The position numbers and the translations under genes were made by a program. From a virus (Duplodnaviria; Caudoviricetes), in the IMG/VR virus record IMGVR_UViG_3300042196_000135, positions 1 to 26,452 of that record: a DNA stretch of 26,452 bases; one strand, 5' to 3'. How positions within the stretch are numbered: position 1 is the first letter of the stretch; every line of letters starts with the position of its first letter. The notes beneath the pieces were generated by a model. It ran no database searches. It was not told the origin of the DNA and saw only the letters and a list, made by a program, of their open reading frames with translations. Positions 25,241-26,452 of the stretch are shown here, piece after piece.

Positions 25241-25390
25241 TTAAGTATTATTGCGGGTCATTTCAAGATAGACAAACCAGTAGTTGAATTCCTGCTGGGT
25301 CATTTCGCCAATTTCTTTCTGTGTTTTGTTGAGCCGGTCGGCCAACACAAAGCGCGCTAGTAGCATTGGGTTGGCCTTTAGTCTTTTTCC
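25241..25390 (-). CDS. Tail assembly chaperone -1 frameshift extension (gpT-like)
   Basis: Slippery GGAAAAA at 25390-25384. The -1 frame reads RLKANPMLLARFVLADRLNKT..IGEMTQQEFNYWFVYL. Confidence 0.75.
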   Translation of the reverse strand, partial: GKRLKANPMLLARFVLADRLNKTQKEIGEMTQQEFNYWFVYLEMTRNNT

Positions 25391-25701
25391 AGTTCTGCGC
25401 GCTCCACGTCTTCGCCTTTCATGCGAACCACAATGTTGGCCAGAATATCTGACTGCACACCGCGCATCAGTTTTTGCTTATCAGCAACGGTGAACAATGG
25501 TTTTGCATTTTCATCCAGGCATTTGCGGATGATGGTGTAGGCAATGAATTCTGCATCACTGCCTTTGGCCATGCGGTTGGCATAGCTCATATCATCCAGG
25601 GTAAACATTTTGAAGTAGATTGTTTTTTTCCACTGCTCAATGAACACTGATTGCAGCTCATTGCTGCCGATGATTTCGTCAATAAAAGATGTTTCTGCCA
25701 T
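25378..25701 (-). CDS. Tail assembly chaperone (gpG-like)
   Basis: Between the tail tube and tape measure genes; ends at the slippery site. Confidence 0.8.
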   Translation of the reverse strand: MAETSFIDEIIGSNELQSVFIEQWKKTIYFKMFTLDDMSYANRMAKGSDAEFIAYTIIRKCLDENAKPLFTVADKQKLMRGVQSDILANIVVRMKGEDVERAELEKD

Positions 25702-25704
25702 ACC

Positions 25705-26094
25705 TTACACCGTGGTTTCTGTGAGGATGCCGTTGCCTTCGAAGCTGAATGATGTTTCCACCATGCCATCGATGGCTGCGCTGCGCTCAATGCCAGTGAT
25801 AATGGCAGATCCGGTGAAGTAGGTGGCGCCAGCGCCCGATCCTTCGGGGTACATGTTCAGCGTGACTTCTGCGCCGATGGTCATTGCGCCCTGTCCAGTC
25901 GTGTCGGTTTCATCCCAGAAGGCATCTGCCTTGCCGTTCCATGATTGCTGACCGGCTTTTTTTGTCATCCAGGTATCGGTCAACGTGGAATCATCGATGG
26001 TGTTTGCGCTTTCTGTGAGCGACCAGCCTTTGAGCTCTGCAACTGCATTTGAGCCGACCTTGACTGAGCCTTCACTGCCTTTGTGGTTTGACAT
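25705..26094 (-). CDS. Major tail tube protein
   Basis: GWSLTESANTIDDSTL, GQQSWNG and SFSFEGNGIL motifs. Confidence 0.88.
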   Translation of the reverse strand: MSNHKGSEGSVKVGSNAVAELKGWSLTESANTIDDSTLTDTWMTKKAGQQSWNGKADAFWDETDTTGQGAMTIGAEVTLNMYPEGSGAGATYFTGSAIITGIERSAAIDGMVETSFSFEGNGILTETTV

Positions 26095-26158
26095 TTTGTG
26101 TGCCTCTTAATGTAAAAAAGCAGCCGTGGCTGCCAGTGTTATTCAAAAAATGCAGGGG

Positions 26159-26335
26159 TTAATCTTCTGCCTGTGCTGGTTTTTTCTGCTGGGTTTCAAG
26201 TTGCGATTTATGGCTGACAGCCGGTTTTGCGGGCTGTGGTTTTTCTGTTGTCCAGCCGCGTTTTTCTGCCGTGGTCTGGCTGCCTTCGCTAACGTTGATC
26301 GGTTCGCTGGCATCTGGGTGATACATTACTGGCAT
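26159..26335 (-). CDS. Small hypothetical protein, 58 aa (not in the ORF track)
   Basis: MPVMYHPDASEPINVSEGSQTTAEKRGW...AED*; GAGG RBS. Confidence 0.6.
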   Translation of the reverse strand: MPVMYHPDASEPINVSEGSQTTAEKRGWTTEKPQPAKPAVSHKSQLETQQKKPAQAED

Positions 26336-26350
26336 GGCTAACCCTCTATT

Positions 26351-26452
26351 TTATGTTCTGTAACTGATGGTGACATCGGTAGTGATTTCGTATATTTCGA
26401 AATCCTGATCAAATGATTGATCGATATTGTCGATTGTGATGTCCAGTATCAC
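26351..26452 (-). CDS. 3' end of a probable tail terminator protein (partial)
   Basis: ...DQSFDQDFEIYEITTDVTISYRT*; located upstream of the tail tube gene. Confidence 0.55.
   Translation of the reverse strand: MILDITIDNIDQSFDQDFEIYEITTDVTISYRT

Larger units (their letters stand above)
1..26452. mobile_element. Temperate lambdoid siphovirus-like phage genome segment, apparently the attP (excised) form
   Basis: Gene order is HNH-Q-P-O-cII-cro / cI-early operon-integrase / lysis-tail. No host genes are present, and the integrase directly abuts the lysis cassette. Confidence 0.95.

Overview
The window is about 26 kb of a temperate, lambdoid-type, long-tailed phage, probably of a Proteobacterium. 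It appears to be in the excised (attP-intact) form. From left to right it holds: HNH, Q, P and O (with an iteron origin), accessory genes, cII and cro on the minus strand; cI and a pL-type early operon on the plus strand; a large serine integrase; then lysis and tail genes on the minus strand. The standout element is a complete integron inside the pL-type operon. It has an IntI-type integrase (10945-11922), an attI-like site and seven attC-bounded cassettes (8375-10910). Every cassette ORF whose attC polarity can be read (six of seven) is antisense to canonical polarity, so each attC lies at the 5' end of its ORF. Six ORFs read in the phage pL direction toward intI, and the cassette next to intI is inverted. 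Other notable elements are an anticodon-less tRNA-Leu-like structure directly before the serine integrase, a tRNA-fMet-like attP core inside the integrase 3' end, and a strand-composition skew that flips at the iterons and near attP. All calls come from manual reading of motifs; no database searches were run.
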